A stretch of DNA of 64,000 nucleotides from assembly GCA_001791305.1 (NCBI GenBank), contig MGEI01000004.1, positions 129,804-193,803 of the forward strand, in the 5' to 3' direction. Below, in pieces: positions 1 through 9,532 of this stretch. Both the position numbers and the translations under genes were made by a program. The stretch comes from Candidatus Uhrbacteria bacterium RIFCSPLOWO2_01_FULL_47_17 (GTDB lineage: Bacteria > Patescibacteriota > Patescibacteriia > UBA9934 > GWF2-40-263). The stretch's first letter is position 1; each line of letters begins with the position of its first letter. The notes beneath the pieces were generated by a model. That model was not told the origin of the DNA. It saw only the letters and a list, made by a program, of their open reading frames with translations, and did no database searches.

Positions 1-366
1 GTCTTGTTCGGGATTTTTCTCTGGTTGCTTCATCTTGGAATGGAGGTGTCTCATGTGCAAACATTTCTTTTTGCCGCCGTTGGAATGGATACGTTGTTTT
101 ACGTGTTTGCCATGAAAAGTTTGCGACGCAGTTTGTTTCGTGTGAATCCGTTTTCAAACATGTGGCTGACGCTGAGTGTGTTGTTCGGGTTTTTTCTCAT
201 GTGGCTTGCGGTGCATGTTCCGTTCCTGCAGTCGCTTTTTGAAACGTCCGCGCTTTCCTTGTCGGAATGGGGATTCATCTTTATGATGGGAATCATGAAG
301 TTGATTCTCATCGAACTTGGAAAGGAATTTCTTTTTTATAAGCGAAGTTTACATAAACCGGTATGA
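1..366 (+). CDS. P-type cation-transporting ATPase, C-terminal fragment (5' partial; gene continues upstream of window)
   Basis: Frame-1 ORF open from nt 1; hydrophobic C-terminal helices (LWLLHLGMEV...FLMWLAVHVPFLQSLF) resemble the last TM pair of P-type ATPases; stop TGA 364-366. Confidence 0.5.
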   Translation, partial: VLFGIFLWLLHLGMEVSHVQTFLFAAVGMDTLFYVFAMKSLRRSLFRVNPFSNMWLTLSVLFGFFLMWLAVHVPFLQSLFETSALSLSEWGFIFMMGIMKLILIELGKEFLFYKRSLHKPV

Positions 367-1034
367 TCGCGGATCCGCAAGCGCCATGGATGTTTCGTCG
401 AGATGAAGTCGATTTGCTTGAAGAAGATATCGACGATCTTTATGATTTACACCAATCCACAACCGGACGCGTTCACACAACGGAACAGGCGATTATTTCA
501 GAACAACTCGACACAGAAGAACAAGCCGATGCAGAACTGACCATGCAGATGGATGTTAAATGGCTTACGCGTTTACACGCACAAAAACCATCCTGGGAAT
601 CTGACAGAGAGCGCTTGCGTGATGAAGACGATTTAACGTGTGATGTCTCGCGTCCACCGTTTTATGAACAACTTTTCCGTTTTGCGGATCAGGTGTTTGT
701 TTATGTGTCAGACGTGTATGCACGGCAGGATGAAATAAAAGAGCATGCGTTTCGTGTCCAAGTGAACATAAAAATGGTTCCCATTAAATGTGCGAATGCG
801 CTTTCGGAAGAGCAGCATGATGACCCACTGTCGCTCATGATCGCAAAAAAAGAATTTGCCCTCGCGATTATTTATCTTGAGCGCATTTTACTTTCTCTTG
901 CGTTCATGGCCGCAGCACATGAAGACCGCGCGCAAGAATTTCTTGCGCCTGGCACACAATTCAAACAGCGTTTACAGCAACATCTTGCACGCTTATTACG
1001 TGATCGTCGTGGAATTGGTACGGACTATGAATAA
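363..1034 (+). CDS. hypothetical acidic protein
   Basis: ATG 363 overlaps upstream stop (gtATGA); 223-aa ORF, Asp/Glu-rich N-terminus, no recognisable domain. Confidence 0.45.
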   Translation: MIADPQAPWMFRRDEVDLLEEDIDDLYDLHQSTTGRVHTTEQAIISEQLDTEEQADAELTMQMDVKWLTRLHAQKPSWESDRERLRDEDDLTCDVSRPPFYEQLFRFADQVFVYVSDVYARQDEIKEHAFRVQVNIKMVPIKCANALSEEQHDDPLSLMIAKKEFALAIIYLERILLSLAFMAAAHEDRAQEFLAPGTQFKQRLQQHLARLLRDRRGIGTDYE

Positions 1035-1689
1035 AGAAACGGTCGCGGTCATTATTCCAGCGTATAATGAAGCCAAAACGATTGGAGGGGTTGTTCGTGT
1101 TGCGGTTTCGAGTCCGTTTATTGACGAGGTAATTGTTGTATCTGATGGATCGACAGATGAAACTGTGGAGGTTGCAACGCATGCAGGGGCACGTGTGATT
1201 GACCTACAAGAGAATCAAGGGAAAGGCGGAGCGATGATTAAAGGGATCGAACAAACACGCGCTTCGATTATTGTTTTTTTGGATGCAGATTTGATTGGCC
1301 TCACCGAAAGGCATCTCGAACAACTTGTTCGCCCTGTGCTAGATCGGACGTGCTCAATGCGAGTTGGAATCCGTGATCGCGGTCGATTTTTTACGGCGCT
1401 TACACACTGGTTTCCACTCATCAGTGGCGAACGCGCTGTGCGGCGTGAGGTTGTCGACGCTATTCCGCACACATTTTATTGTGGATTCATGATTGAGTCT
1501 GCGTTCAACTATTATTGCAAGACACACGGACTCCAATACGATTCTGTGGATTTGAAAGGCCTTTCGATTCGTCGGAAATATGAGAAAGTTGGTTGGCCAA
1601 AAGCTGTGGTACAATATCTCACGATGACAGGGCAGATTTTAGCGTCCCTGATTCGTGTGCGTTTCGCAAAATTCATTGGAAAATTTTAA
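1027..1689 (+). CDS. family 2 glycosyltransferase (DPM1 / glucosyl-3-phosphoglycerate synthase-like)
   Basis: ATG 1027 (ATGAATAA overlap with upstream stop); VAVIIPAYNEAKTI...VVSDGSTDET...FLDADL motifs typical of GT-A fold GT2 enzymes; the 856..1026 in-frame extension is rejected. Confidence 0.7.
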   Translation: MNKETVAVIIPAYNEAKTIGGVVRVAVSSPFIDEVIVVSDGSTDETVEVATHAGARVIDLQENQGKGGAMIKGIEQTRASIIVFLDADLIGLTERHLEQLVRPVLDRTCSMRVGIRDRGRFFTALTHWFPLISGERAVRREVVDAIPHTFYCGFMIESAFNYYCKTHGLQYDSVDLKGLSIRRKYEKVGWPKAVVQYLTMTGQILASLIRVRFAKFIGKF

Positions 1690-1693
1690 GTGT

Positions 1694-3190
1694 ATGTCCC
1701 TAGACTTATCCAAAATCGAAAACTTTCAAGATGCCATGGTGACCGTCATGGGTCTTGGACGATTTAAACAGGGAAGCGGTGTGGGTGCCGCAAAATGGCT
1801 CATGCGTCATGGGGCACAGATTGTGATTACGGATTTGAAATCAGAAGCCGAGCTCAAAGAATCGGTTGATGAAATCATGACGTGGTACGACACGTATAAA
1901 AAGGCGCATCCAACGGGTCATGTGTATCCGCCCGTGTTTGTGTTGGGAGAACATCATGAAGACGATTTCACAAACGTGGATCTTGTTATGCAAAATCCGG
2001 GTGTTGCACGTGAATCAGAGTTCGTGGAACTCGCAAAAAAAGAGGGGATCCATGTGGAGTCTGATATCTCGTTGTTTTTTCGCTACTGTCCGTTTCCGAT
2101 CTACTCGATCACGGGTACGCGCGGAAAGTCCACCACGACTGCGCTTCTCGGCGAAATTTTGAAACGAAAAAATCCAAAGACAGTGGTCGCAGGAAACATC
2201 ACGCGTTCACCTCTCGAGGATCTCGACTGGCTCCTCGAGGAGAAAGAATCTGTGCCGATCGTTCTCGAACTTTCCTCGTGGCTCCTCGAAAGTATCCAAG
2301 ACCTCGGCAAAGGCCCCGACATTGCGATTCTCACAAACGCGTATAAAGATCACTTGGATCGCTATGCCTCGTTTGAGGTGTATGTGAAAGCCAAAGAAAT
2401 TATCTTCGAGGTACAACGTCCGGATCAAGTGGCCATTTTTAATGCGGATCAAGAGATCACAAAAGAAATCGCCGATCACGCGCGATCAGAAAAGAAGTTC
2501 TGGGTTTCGCTTTCGCCTCTTACGGAGGGAAAAGTGGGAGCGTATCGCGAGGGAGACGATTTGAAATTTAGTTCCTCGACCACACCTGTCACATTTGCAA
2601 ATACAAAAGATATTGCCCTTGTTGGAGAACACAACGTTTACAACATTCTTTGCGCCTCGCTCGCCGCACACCTGATTGGTGTGAGTGATGAGGATATTCG
2701 AGAGACCCTCAAGTCCTTCGCGGGCCTCCCGGGTCGTCAACAAGTCGTCGGCGAGGTCGAGGGGGTGATGTATGTGAATGACACGACCGCAACGAGCCCA
2801 GAAGGAACCATGGCCGCGCTCGCGCGATTCGGCAATGGGGGAAATATTATTCTTCTCGCTGGAGGATCCACAAAGGGATTTACCTTTGAGCAAATGGGCG
2901 CATCGGTTCAAAAAGAATGTAAGTATGTTGTGTTGTTCGAGGGAACCGCGACGAATGATGTTGAGAAAGCGATTGGAGATGTTCCGCACGTACGGGTCGA
3001 TTCCATGGAAAAGGCATTCGAGGCGGCTGCGACCGTTGCAACACTCGGAGACATCGTTTTGCTTTCACCAGGAACCGCAAGCTTCGGTGTGTTTAAAAAT
3101 GAATTTGATCGTGGCGAACAATTTGAAAAAATGGTCGGAACGCTCATGAAAAAAACAGGAAGCGGGGAACTTGCGCCAAAAGTGACCTAA
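1694..3190 (+). CDS. murD: UDP-N-acetylmuramoylalanine--D-glutamate ligase
   Basis: N-terminal Rossmann region MGLGRFKQGSGVGAAKWL; Mur ligase P-loop ITGTRGKSTTTALLGEIL; C-terminal domain; ATG at 1694 in frame with track ORF 1655. Confidence 0.85.
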   Translation: MSLDLSKIENFQDAMVTVMGLGRFKQGSGVGAAKWLMRHGAQIVITDLKSEAELKESVDEIMTWYDTYKKAHPTGHVYPPVFVLGEHHEDDFTNVDLVMQNPGVARESEFVELAKKEGIHVESDISLFFRYCPFPIYSITGTRGKSTTTALLGEILKRKNPKTVVAGNITRSPLEDLDWLLEEKESVPIVLELSSWLLESIQDLGKGPDIAILTNAYKDHLDRYASFEVYVKAKEIIFEVQRPDQVAIFNADQEITKEIADHARSEKKFWVSLSPLTEGKVGAYREGDDLKFSSSTTPVTFANTKDIALVGEHNVYNILCASLAAHLIGVSDEDIRETLKSFAGLPGRQQVVGEVEGVMYVNDTTATSPEGTMAALARFGNGGNIILLAGGSTKGFTFEQMGASVQKECKYVVLFEGTATNDVEKAIGDVPHVRVDSMEKAFEAAATVATLGDIVLLSPGTASFGVFKNEFDRGEQFEKMVGTLMKKTGSGELAPKVT

Positions 3191-3228
3191 AAAAAGATCC
3201 TCGAATGTTCGAGAATCTTTTTTTACAT
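3191..3228. terminator. bidirectional intrinsic terminator after murD
   Basis: agatcctcgaa-tg-ttcgagaatct hairpin flanked by an A-run and a T-run. Confidence 0.45.
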
Positions 3229-3453
3229 GTCATAGTCGCCTTTGATTTTGTTATCAATTTTGTTATCAAAGCGATCATCTTCGCGCGGATCCGATCCATT
3301 GATCACATAGCCTCGTTTCTGGTTGGTTTTTTTCTTGTCATCGGTTGGACCATCCTCCAGTTCAGGTGCTTTTTTCTTTGGATAACGATCTGGTGGTGGT
3401 TCCGTTGGAAGATCTGGAACGGGGAGGTGGGGCTGCCATTCATTTCTGCCCAT
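3223..3453 (-). CDS. small Pro/Lys-rich hypothetical protein (76 aa)
   Basis: ORF with ATG at 3453 and no obvious SD; hydrophilic, low complexity; could be spurious. Confidence 0.2.
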   Translation of the reverse strand: MGRNEWQPHLPVPDLPTEPPPDRYPKKKAPELEDGPTDDKKKTNQKRGYVINGSDPREDDRFDNKIDNKIKGDYDM

Positions 3454-3537
3454 ACAAAAGGTTAGGTGAATTTTTCACAGTTTAACAAAAAGGGGTTTGT
3501 TCGTCGAGATCACAAAAATTTGCTAGCATACTCGCAT

Positions 3538-4644
3538 ATGAAACAGAACCGTTTCCTCCCAAGAATTGTCGCAGGATTACTCGCGGTCGGCGGAATCAGC
3601 GCGCTTGCGGAACATGCATCAAATACACCCGTAAAAGAATTTGACACACCAGAACGAGATCCTCGCAAGGACGCGTCACAACCTGCCCCTGAAGATGAAT
3701 CCAAAAAATTAGAACGAGCTCGCAAATTTAGCGCTGAGCACCCAATGGAGGCAGAGTTGCGTGCGCATAACGTTCCTGTCGAGAAAATCCAAGCAGCCAT
3801 GATCGACGCTGCCGAGCTCATTCGATCACACAGATACAGTGATGAGGTGAATGAAAAAAATTATTTTGCCGCATGTCGTGAGCCTGAACGCTGGGCCGCC
3901 ATTCAGAAAAGTGTGCAGTATGCATCAGACAAAACTGGAGTACCCGTCCGTGTTTTGAACGCGATGGGACTTATCGAGAGTCAGTTTAAGGAAGATGCCT
4001 CTCGATCGGATACGAATGTTTACGGTCCATATCAAATAACCCTTGCAACCGCGAAAGAGGCGGCGAAAGATGCTGCTGCCTGTTTTGAATTTCCGATTGT
4101 CGTGAATAAAGCCGAGGATCTCAAAGAAACAAAAACGGCTGTGCGCCTTGCAGCGCTTCGTTTACGATCATTGAAGCAACAATACGGTCAGCTCGGACTT
4201 GCGATTATGGATTATGCGGGAGGGCGCGTGGGACTTGAGAAAAAAATCAAAGAAGCGTTTCCAGATGTTGATTTGGGAGAAAAAGATTGGGCAGCGATGG
4301 AGCGTCATCATGCTGCAGAGCGTCAAGCGCAAAAGCAACGCGACGCGATTTTGAAACGCATGAAGGGTGGACGTGTCACAGATGCGGATCGTCAGGCATT
4401 ACGTCGCGCTGTCGGTGCCTTCGAGGCTGCGGGGGCGGCTTATACAAAAGCAAAGAATGCGTGGAGACAAAAACGTGCAGATCTTCCAAAAACGCTTAAA
4501 GATGCCGGTGTAACTGTGGTTGCGCTTTACGAACACGAAAAAGCAAAAGGGGGAGAGGCTCCGCACTCGATCACTTATTCACTTGCGCTCGATGATATTG
4601 GGGCGCGGGCAGAGAAACATGCACAGGAGGCGGTGGAGGAATAA
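3538..4644 (+). CDS. secreted lytic transglycosylase-like (SLT / lysozyme-like domain) protein
   Basis: ATG 3538 then signal-like MKQNRFLPRIVAGLLAVGGISALA; central GLIESQF...YGPYQIT resembles the SLT catalytic E-S ... GLMQ motif; TAGCAT/CATACT -10-like hexamers a few nt upstream (possibly leaderless). Confidence 0.5.
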   Translation: MKQNRFLPRIVAGLLAVGGISALAEHASNTPVKEFDTPERDPRKDASQPAPEDESKKLERARKFSAEHPMEAELRAHNVPVEKIQAAMIDAAELIRSHRYSDEVNEKNYFAACREPERWAAIQKSVQYASDKTGVPVRVLNAMGLIESQFKEDASRSDTNVYGPYQITLATAKEAAKDAAACFEFPIVVNKAEDLKETKTAVRLAALRLRSLKQQYGQLGLAIMDYAGGRVGLEKKIKEAFPDVDLGEKDWAAMERHHAAERQAQKQRDAILKRMKGGRVTDADRQALRRAVGAFEAAGAAYTKAKNAWRQKRADLPKTLKDAGVTVVALYEHEKAKGGEAPHSITYSLALDDIGARAEKHAQEAVEE

Positions 4645-4664
4645 CATGGTAGAATAGATGTGTT

Positions 4665-6014
4665 ATGGTGAAACGAATTGTTCGTAAATTTGTTCCGGAA
4701 TCCCTTATAAATCGCTATCATTACGTCCTTGCACGAGCGGCGGCTGTTTTGTATCGTCATCCTTCAAATGAGCTTGTGGTGATTGGAGTGACTGGAACAA
4801 ATGGAAAATCATCCACAACCGAGTTTATTGGTCGCATGCTTGAACATGCCGGTGCGCGCGTTGGTTGGACCGGAACCGCGAGTTTTAAGATTGCGGAGCT
4901 TGAATGGACGAATGATCAAAAGATGACCATGCTCGGGCGATTCAAAACGCAAAAAATATTGCGTGACATGGTTAAAGCTGGTTGCACCTACGCCATCATC
5001 GAAACATCTTCGCAAGGGATTTCGCAATCGCGTCATGTTGGCATCAACTATGATGTTGTCGTTTTTACCAATCTCACCCCAGAACACATTGAAGCGCATG
5101 GCGGATTCGAAAATTATAAACACGCAAAGAAACAATTATTTGTTCACACAAAACATTCACGTCGCAAAAAAATTCAAGGACACGTGTTTGAGAAGACAGC
5201 TGTTGTGAACATGATGAGTCCTTATGCATCTGAGTTTCTTGCGGTCGGTCTTGATCGCTCGTTTGGGTTTGGGATCGATGGACTTATCTTTGAACCAACT
5301 GAAGAGCGTCCATTATCCATTGTGCCGGTCCTTGCGGAGGATGTTGTCTACGCACCAGATTCCATCGGGTTTGTTCTGAATCGGTTGCATTTTGACATTC
5401 CACTCGTCGGGCGATTTTATTTAGAGAATGTTCTCGCAGCGATTTCTGTCTGTCGTGCACTGGGGCTCGACTGGGAGGCGATTCGAGACGCTGTTGCACA
5501 TCTCGAAACAATCCCTGGCCGATTCGAGCGTATCGAAGAAGGTCAGTCTTTCTCGGTTGTGGTGGATTATGCGTATGAACCCGCAGCCCTAAATGCGATT
5601 TACGACACGGTCAAACTCTTCGCCCATAAAAAGATCATTCACGTGGTCGGCTCGGCCGGTGGAGGTCGTGATGTAGCTCGACGCGCCATTCTTGGACGCA
5701 TGAGTGCGGAAATGGATGATGTGGTGATTGTTACAAATGAAGATCCGTATGACGATGATCCACAAATGATTATTGACCAGGTTGCCGACGCGGCAGTGGA
5801 AGCAGGAAAAAAAGAGGGGATTGATTTGTTTCGTGTGCTTGATCGTGGTGAGGCGATTGAAAAGGCTGTTATGCTCGCGATGCCGGGAGATCTCGTGCTC
5901 ATTACAGGAAAAGGATGTGAACCGGTTATGGCGGTCGCAGATGGAAAAAAGATTCCGTGGGATGATCGCGTTGCTGCGCGCAACGCCTTACACAAGCGTT
6001 TACAAGCCGTATGA
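4665..6014 (+). CDS. murE: Mur ligase family protein, MurE-like (UDP-MurNAc-tripeptide synthetase)
   Basis: VIGVTGTNGKSSTTEF P-loop, ETSSQGISQ, TNLTPEHIEAHGGFENYKHAKKQLF motifs; short N-terminus; TAGAAT 4650-4655 just upstream of ATG 4665. Confidence 0.7.
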   Translation: MVKRIVRKFVPESLINRYHYVLARAAAVLYRHPSNELVVIGVTGTNGKSSTTEFIGRMLEHAGARVGWTGTASFKIAELEWTNDQKMTMLGRFKTQKILRDMVKAGCTYAIIETSSQGISQSRHVGINYDVVVFTNLTPEHIEAHGGFENYKHAKKQLFVHTKHSRRKKIQGHVFEKTAVVNMMSPYASEFLAVGLDRSFGFGIDGLIFEPTEERPLSIVPVLAEDVVYAPDSIGFVLNRLHFDIPLVGRFYLENVLAAISVCRALGLDWEAIRDAVAHLETIPGRFERIEEGQSFSVVVDYAYEPAALNAIYDTVKLFAHKKIIHVVGSAGGGRDVARRAILGRMSAEMDDVVIVTNEDPYDDDPQMIIDQVADAAVEAGKKEGIDLFRVLDRGEAIEKAVMLAMPGDLVLITGKGCEPVMAVADGKKIPWDDRVAARNALHKRLQAV

Positions 6015-6505
6015 AATTAAAAGATTTGGTGCGTCCAAAACCAAACGAACAGATTCTTCTCATTGTCCGTGAATCGCTCGTTCCAAAGAGTGGCAAATTG
6101 TTTCTATTTGCCGTTTGGTTTTTGGTGCCGTTCTTTTTCTTGTATCCATTATTTCGCATGGGAACCATTGGATCCGTAATTTTTACCGCGCTTGTTGTTT
6201 CAGGAATTTTCCTTTTTTGGAAAACGTTTCGTTTATGGTCGCACACGTTGTTTGTTGTGACCGATTATCGATTGATTGATATTGATCAACGAGGATTTTT
6301 TGATCGTGTTGTGACGGAGACAACTTTTGATCACATCGACGAAGTAAGCTATCGTATGCAAGGAATGATGTCTGCGGTATTTGGATACGGAACCATTACG
6401 GTCAGATTACATGGGGAAGCGGCAGACATTGTGTTTGAATCCGTCCGTAAGCCATCTCGCGTTCAAAATTTGTTGAACGATCTGCGCAAAACAATACATG
6501 CATAA
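6011..6505 (+). CDS. membrane protein with bacterial PH (YdbS/YdbT-like) domain
   Basis: ATG 6011 overlaps murE stop; two TM helices followed by a VVTDYRLIDIDQRGFFDRVV beta-rich region typical of the bPH_2 family. Confidence 0.5.
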   Translation: MKLKDLVRPKPNEQILLIVRESLVPKSGKLFLFAVWFLVPFFFLYPLFRMGTIGSVIFTALVVSGIFLFWKTFRLWSHTLFVVTDYRLIDIDQRGFFDRVVTETTFDHIDEVSYRMQGMMSAVFGYGTITVRLHGEAADIVFESVRKPSRVQNLLNDLRKTIHA

Positions 6506-6947
6506 ATCCATCCCACGCTCATTTCCTCAATTATTTCGTACACGATGGTTTTATCTCGTGAATATTTTGTTGATTATCGTGGTTGGATTCTCGTTTGGAA
6601 GAGAAATGATTCGTAGTCGAGACATTGCAAAACAAATTCAATCCCTTCAGAATCAATCACAGGCGTTGCAAACACAGCATTTGGCCATTAAAGATCTCAA
6701 AAATGCGGTGCAAACAGAATCATTTGTGGAACGCGAAGCACGATTAAAGCTTGGATTGAAAAAACCAGGGGAGTCGCTCGTGATTTTAAAAAACGAAAAA
6801 ACAGAGAATGTTACGAATCAACAAATCCACAACGAATCTACGAATGGGGAAGTAAAGACATTAGAACGAAAGTCTCTTGCGAATTCGACCAAGTGGTGGT
6901 ATTACTTCTTCAATAAACAAGCTTATCGCACCGCGCAATCTTTATGA
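6498..6947 (+). CDS. septum formation initiator (FtsB/DivIC/FtsL-like)
   Basis: Single N-terminal TM then coiled-coil QIQSLQNQSQALQTQHLAIKDLKNAV...REARLKLGL, as in FtsB/DivIC; lies between Mur ligases and the cell-division genes. Confidence 0.55.
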   Translation: MHKSIPRSFPQLFRTRWFYLVNILLIIVVGFSFGREMIRSRDIAKQIQSLQNQSQALQTQHLAIKDLKNAVQTESFVEREARLKLGLKKPGESLVILKNEKTENVTNQQIHNESTNGEVKTLERKSLANSTKWWYYFFNKQAYRTAQSL

Positions 6948-8053
6948 TGAATGAACAAGACGAAACGATGGTAACTTCCGGTTCAGATCAAATGCCATCA
7001 AATGACGACGGACATATTTGTACAGATGCCGATATGTGCACGGCAGATCAACCACAAGAGCATTTGGTTGTTTCCACAGATGTACCCGTGGAAAGTACTC
7101 CGGTTCACGCATCTAAACGCCCCTGCACTCGATCTGTTGTTTTAGGGGCGACTGGTGCGATTGTCATTCTTGTTGGTGCATTGAGCGCGTTTGTTTATTC
7201 AAATGCGTCCTCACACAAAACCGTTCATGCCATTACAACACGCTTGCCGTTTCCCGCTTTGTTTGTTGGGAGACGTGTTGTAACGTACAAACAATATTAT
7301 GATGAGCAAGATGCGTTAAAGCGATATTTTGCGTCTACAGCGGCCGCAGGAGCTCCCGCTCCAACATCAGAACAAATGGATGCGCTCATTACGCAAACCC
7401 TTATTAATAAGGCTGTTGTCAAAACGCTCGCCTCCAATTACGGTCTTACGTTAGATCAAAGTAAGATTGAAGCATTTTACGCAAATTTTCTTGCATCAAA
7501 CCAAGGGCAATCAAAAGAGGTGATTGAAGCGGAACTGCAAAAATCATTCGGCTGGACGATTCCGGAATTTAAACAGCGTATTATTGGCCCGATCGTTCTT
7601 TCCGCGCAAGTGGAAGATTATGTGGCATCAAGCGAATTTTTTCAAAAACCGTTGCATGATCTGATTAATTCTGCACACACACGTGTAACAACCGGCGCTG
7701 AATCATTCGAAGAGGTCGGGACGGCTGTTCACAATCAGGTTCAGTTGAATCTGAAGAGCGATTTGGGATTTATCAAAAAATCTGAATTGCCAGAAGCGTG
7801 GGGAAGCAAAGTGGCAGATTTAGAAAATGGTCAGGTGACGGAGGTGATTGAGTTGCCGCAAGGGTATGCGATTTTTACCGTAACCGAACGCATTAAATCG
7901 CAAGACTCCGCAGGAAAAAAGGTTGATCCAAAAGCACTGCCCGCTGACGAACAGGTGCATTTGTACACCATTACGGTTCCAAAAAAGACGTTAGAGCAAG
8001 TGACGCAAGAGTATTTGGAGAACGTCTCGGTTAGGACATGGATCAAACCATAA
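6944..8053 (+). CDS. parvulin-type peptidyl-prolyl cis-trans isomerase (PpiC/SurA-like), membrane-anchored
   Basis: TM helix near residue 70; C-terminal DLGFIKKSELPEAWGSKVADLENGQVTEVIELPQGYAIF resembles the parvulin rotamase motif. Confidence 0.55.
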   Translation: MMNEQDETMVTSGSDQMPSNDDGHICTDADMCTADQPQEHLVVSTDVPVESTPVHASKRPCTRSVVLGATGAIVILVGALSAFVYSNASSHKTVHAITTRLPFPALFVGRRVVTYKQYYDEQDALKRYFASTAAAGAPAPTSEQMDALITQTLINKAVVKTLASNYGLTLDQSKIEAFYANFLASNQGQSKEVIEAELQKSFGWTIPEFKQRIIGPIVLSAQVEDYVASSEFFQKPLHDLINSAHTRVTTGAESFEEVGTAVHNQVQLNLKSDLGFIKKSELPEAWGSKVADLENGQVTEVIELPQGYAIFTVTERIKSQDSAGKKVDPKALPADEQVHLYTITVPKKTLEQVTQEYLENVSVRTWIKP

Positions 8054-8054
8054 A

Positions 8055-8082
8055 CAAAAACCCCGCCCCATGCGGGGTTTTC
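8055..8082 (+). terminator. intrinsic terminator
   Basis: ccccgc-ccca-tgcgggg hairpin + TTTT. Confidence 0.6.
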
Positions 8083-8119
8083 AATTTTTACGGTTTGCGC
8101 TATGATGCCCCCTGTCCCC

Positions 8120-8195
8120 GCCGATGTAGCTCAGTTGGTAGAGCAATACTTTCGTAAAGTAGAGGTCGCGGGTTCGAATCCCGCCCTCGGCTCCA
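8120..8195 (+). tRNA. tRNA-Thr (anticodon CGT)
   Basis: Cloverleaf: acceptor GCCGATG/CCTCGGC, D-arm GCTC-AGTTGGTA-GAGC, anticodon loop TTCGTAA, T-arm GCGGG-TTCGAAT-CCCGC, encoded CCA. Confidence 0.9.
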
Positions 8196-8207
8196 TGAAG
8201 AAATAAA

Positions 8208-8233
8208 GAAACCACCCACCTCGGGTGGTTTTA
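8208..8233 (+). terminator. intrinsic terminator after tRNA-Thr
   Basis: accacccacc-tc-gggtggtt hairpin + TTT. Confidence 0.5.
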
Positions 8234-8280
8234 GGCATGATCCCCTTCGCCAAGGCTTCGGAGGATGATTCTTTTAAGAA

Positions 8281-8308
8281 TCAAAAAACCCATCGCAATG
8301 GATGGGCA
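8281..8308 (-). terminator. intrinsic terminator for the minus-strand gene 8313..8699
   Basis: cccatc-gcaatg-gatggg hairpin preceded by an A-run on + (T-run on -). Confidence 0.45.
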
Positions 8309-8312
8309 AGGC

Positions 8313-8699
8313 TTATGCAAAAACGCGAGGAGAACTGATGTGATAGGGATCCGGAGGATTTTCCCAGACCTCCACACGAAGGGTGTTGTCTCGATGTGCG
8401 ATCACGATGTAGCAGCGAAAGATGGTCTCGTCCCACTCTGTGAGAAAGAATTGCACAACACCACCTTGTGTGTGAGACATGCTTTCGATGAGGAGGATGC
8501 CTGAGATGCTCTTGTCGTCGTCGAGGATAATTGTGATTTCGCCGACGGGTTTTGGAGCACGCTGCGAGTTCCAGCCCGTTTGCAGCATCGTAATCATTTG
8601 CACAAGATCATCTGCTTGCTTGTTGACGTGACCCGTGAACGTTGTGACGAGTTTACGCTTCGGATGCGCAATCGGCGATCCGGTAAATGGTTCGGTCAT
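8313..8699 (-). CDS. hypothetical protein (128 aa)
   Basis: ATG at 8699 (first in-frame ATG; track ORF starts at TTG 8765) with AAGGGAA SD-like sequence upstream; divergent from ftsE; no recognisable domain. Confidence 0.4.
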   Translation of the reverse strand: MTEPFTGSPIAHPKRKLVTTFTGHVNKQADDLVQMITMLQTGWNSQRAPKPVGEITIILDDDKSISGILLIESMSHTQGGVVQFFLTEWDETIFRCYIVIAHRDNTLRVEVWENPPDPYHISSPRVFA

Positions 8700-8847
8700 G
8701 GATTCCCTTGACTTCCAATGTTGGAAGATATGCAGCTTATCACAAATCCTTGACGCGTCAAGCAATCCGTTTGTTTTTTGTGTGCAAAAAGCAGTTGTCG
8801 AATTTATCTCAGACAGGTATTATGAGAGTAATCATTTCACTTCTTAC

Positions 8848-9528
8848 ATGATTCATTTTAAAAATGTTTCCAAATTTTATCCGCCTGACATTATTGGCTT
8901 AGACGCTGTCAATCTTCGTGTTGAACCCGGGGAATTTATTTCGATTGTGGGGCAAAGCGGAACGGGAAAGAGTACGCTTGCAAAATTGTTGTTCGCAGAA
9001 GAACGCCCATCAAAGGGAATTATTGAAATTGGCGGATGGGATATCACCAAAATCAACGCAAGTGATGTTCCGTTGCTGCGTCGGCAAATTGGCGTTGTGT
9101 TTCAAGATTTTAAATTGCTCCCAAAGAAAACGGTTTACGAAAATATCGCGTTTGCGCTTCAAGTCGCAGGCATTCCCTCATTGCGTGTCCGCGAGGTTGT
9201 GCCGCGCGTTCTCTCGATTGTTGGGCTGGATGACAAAGCACACCGATTTCCGCAACAACTCTCGGGCGGCGAACAGCAGCGTGTTGCCATTGGTCGTGCG
9301 CTTGTTCACCAGCCAAAAATTCTTGTTGCGGATGAACCAACCGGAAATCTCGACACATTAAATAGCCGAGATATTCTTGAGCTCCTCAAAAAGATCAATG
9401 AATTTGGAACAACGGTTGTACTTGTCACGCATGATCGTGAAATTGTGAACAGACTAAAACGTCGCGTGATCACACTTGAAGGTGGAAAGATTGTGTCGGA
9501 TGTTGAAGAGGGTCGTTATAAATTATAA
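8848..9528 (+). CDS. ftsE: cell division ABC transporter ATP-binding protein FtsE
   Basis: Walker A GQSGTGKST, ABC signature LSGGEQQRVAIGRAL, Walker B ILVADEPTGNLD; paired with ftsX; ATG 8848 in frame (the 8635 extension is rejected). Confidence 0.9.
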   Translation: MIHFKNVSKFYPPDIIGLDAVNLRVEPGEFISIVGQSGTGKSTLAKLLFAEERPSKGIIEIGGWDITKINASDVPLLRRQIGVVFQDFKLLPKKTVYENIAFALQVAGIPSLRVREVVPRVLSIVGLDDKAHRFPQQLSGGEQQRVAIGRALVHQPKILVADEPTGNLDTLNSRDILELLKKINEFGTTVVLVTHDREIVNRLKRRVITLEGGKIVSDVEEGRYKL

Positions 9529-9532
9529 TGCT

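Noticed and set aside
8635-8847. Upstream extension of ftsE, and the 856-1026 extension of the GT2 gene
   Set aside because: The FtsE and GT2 conserved N-termini start at the internal ATGs (8848, 1027). The extensions overlap divergent or upstream genes.
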